Source of the DNA: Octopus bimaculoides | Lineage: Eukaryota | Length of the DNA stretch: 35,510 bases | NCBI RefSeq assembly: GCF_001194135.2 | Contig: NC_068986.1 | Span: 104,209,345 to 104,244,854, forward strand | Direction of reading: 5' to 3' | Part shown: in pieces, positions 34,263 to 35,510 of the stretch | Position numbering within the stretch: position 1 is the first letter of the stretch | Layout: each line of letters opens with the position of its first letter | Position numbers and translations under genes: made by a program | Notes under the pieces: model-generated | The model's database searches: none | Told to the model about the DNA's origin: nothing | What the model saw: the letters and a program-made list of their open reading frames with translations, nothing else

Positions 34263-34567
34263 AACCACCACTACTACTAGACGACCACGACAACCAGGTT
34301 AGCACTACTACAAAGAGATTTGACTGGAAAGCCAACCATGTCAACATCAACAAAAAGAAAAACAAAAACAAACAGTAAAGATTCACGTGTAAACAAGAAG
34401 AATATATGCCCTATTTCTCATTTAACCAATACACACACACCTACACACACATTTATGTGTGTGTATGTGTGTACATTTATGCATACATATATTTTTATGT
34501 ATAATATATATAATACTTATATGTGTGTGTGTGTGTGTGTGTGTGTTTCTGTAGATGAAATGGTTGG

Positions 34568-34951
34568 TTCGTTGACACTCCGTTGGTTACGACGACGAGG
34601 GTTCCAGTTGATCCGATAAACGGAACAGCCTGCTCGTGAAATTAACGTGCAAGTGGCTGAGCACTCCACAGACACGTGTACCCTTAACGTAGTTCTCGGG
34701 GATATTTCGCGGGACACAGGGTGTGACAAGGCGACCCTTTGATTTACAGGCACAACAGAAACAGGAAGAAAGAGTGAGAGAAAGTTGTGATGAAAGAGTA
34801 CAGCAGGGTTCGCTACAACCCTCTGCTGAAGCCTTGTGGAACTTTAGGTGTTTTCGCTCAATAAACACTCACAAAGCCCGGTCTGAGAATCGAAACCGCG
34901 ATCCTCTATGACCACGAGTTCGCTTCCCAAACCACTGGGCCATTGCGCCTC
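34568..34951 (-). mobile_element. SINE family B, second copy
   Basis: Colinear with 25928-26304 over its full length. Head AGAGGCGCAATGGCCCAGTGGTTTGGGAAGCG..GCGGTTTCGATTCTCAG. Confidence 0.85.
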
Positions 34952-35510
34952 TACTCACACATCTATATATGTATATATAAATCCACCATCTATGTATGAG
35001 CGAAATATATATCTTAAAATTTTTGCTGCCTGATGACGCTCCTTTGCACTGTGAGATGCATCTGATGTCATTACATCGTTTCCCCACCCACTAGGTAGCA
35101 GTGCGGAAGGTAACCGAAACGATTGTTGTGCTAAATAAGACTTCTAGTTAGAGACCGTTTTCCGTATCGATTATTTAGAACATACATACATACGTATATA
35201 TGTGTGTATATATATATATATAATATATATATGTATATATATTTCATCTATTCAATAAGACATATTCCATATATTCAATAAGACATTCAATACTTTATTT
35301 CATTGTACCATCCATTTTTATTTTATATTATATATTGTATATTATATTATATATTGTATATTCCATATTCTATATCCCATACTGGTTTTGCAGGAATATA
35401 AATAAAACATAAAAAACAGACAGTGTTGGAACTCTTTTAAACAAAATAATATATTCCTCTATACACAATCATACAAACCCCCCTTTTTTTGTATATATTT
35501 TTACTCGCAT

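Noticed and set aside
60-34619. Most ORFs in the supplied track (poly-I, poly-N, YIYI, CVCV, HTHT, poly-H/M, or containing X)
   Set aside because: They are translations of microsatellites or read through N gaps, with no protein signal.
17837-34951. tRNA genes at the heads of families A, B and F
   Set aside because: A and B boxes are present, but I could not fold complete cloverleaves and each head continues into a repeat body, so these are SINE heads.
1-35510. Assigning published names (OR1/OR2, CORE, Meta, Ceph SINEs) to families A, B and F, or a definite species
   Set aside because: This needs alignment to SINEBase/Repbase/Dfam, which I cannot run. The resemblance is from memory only.

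Overview
Eukaryotic, AT-rich (non-coding-looking) window from a fragmented short-read assembly. It has 11 N-gaps, most bordered by (TA)n or other simple repeats, and is saturated with di-, tri- and tetranucleotide microsatellites. The repeat landscape resembles a coleoid cephalopod such as Octopus (inference, not verified). No complete protein-coding gene, tRNA, rRNA or CRISPR array is supported, and almost all listed ORFs are microsatellite or gap artefacts. Recognisable content: (1) three 5'-truncated copies of an R4/Dong-like RLE non-LTR retrotransposon, each embedded in (TAA)n; (2) a second (TAA)n-associated family; (3) three tRNA-headed SINE-like families, called A, B and F here; (4) the 3' end of an RTE-like LINE, linked through a 66-bp tandem array to a widespread (GAT)n-tailed repeat, families D and E; (5) a 509-bp MITE with 181-bp TIRs and a TA target-site duplication; (6) Penelope-like terminal repeats carrying decayed minimal hammerhead ribozyme motifs; (7) a CpG-retaining unique segment with a dense GATA-motif cluster. 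Family letters are my own labels.
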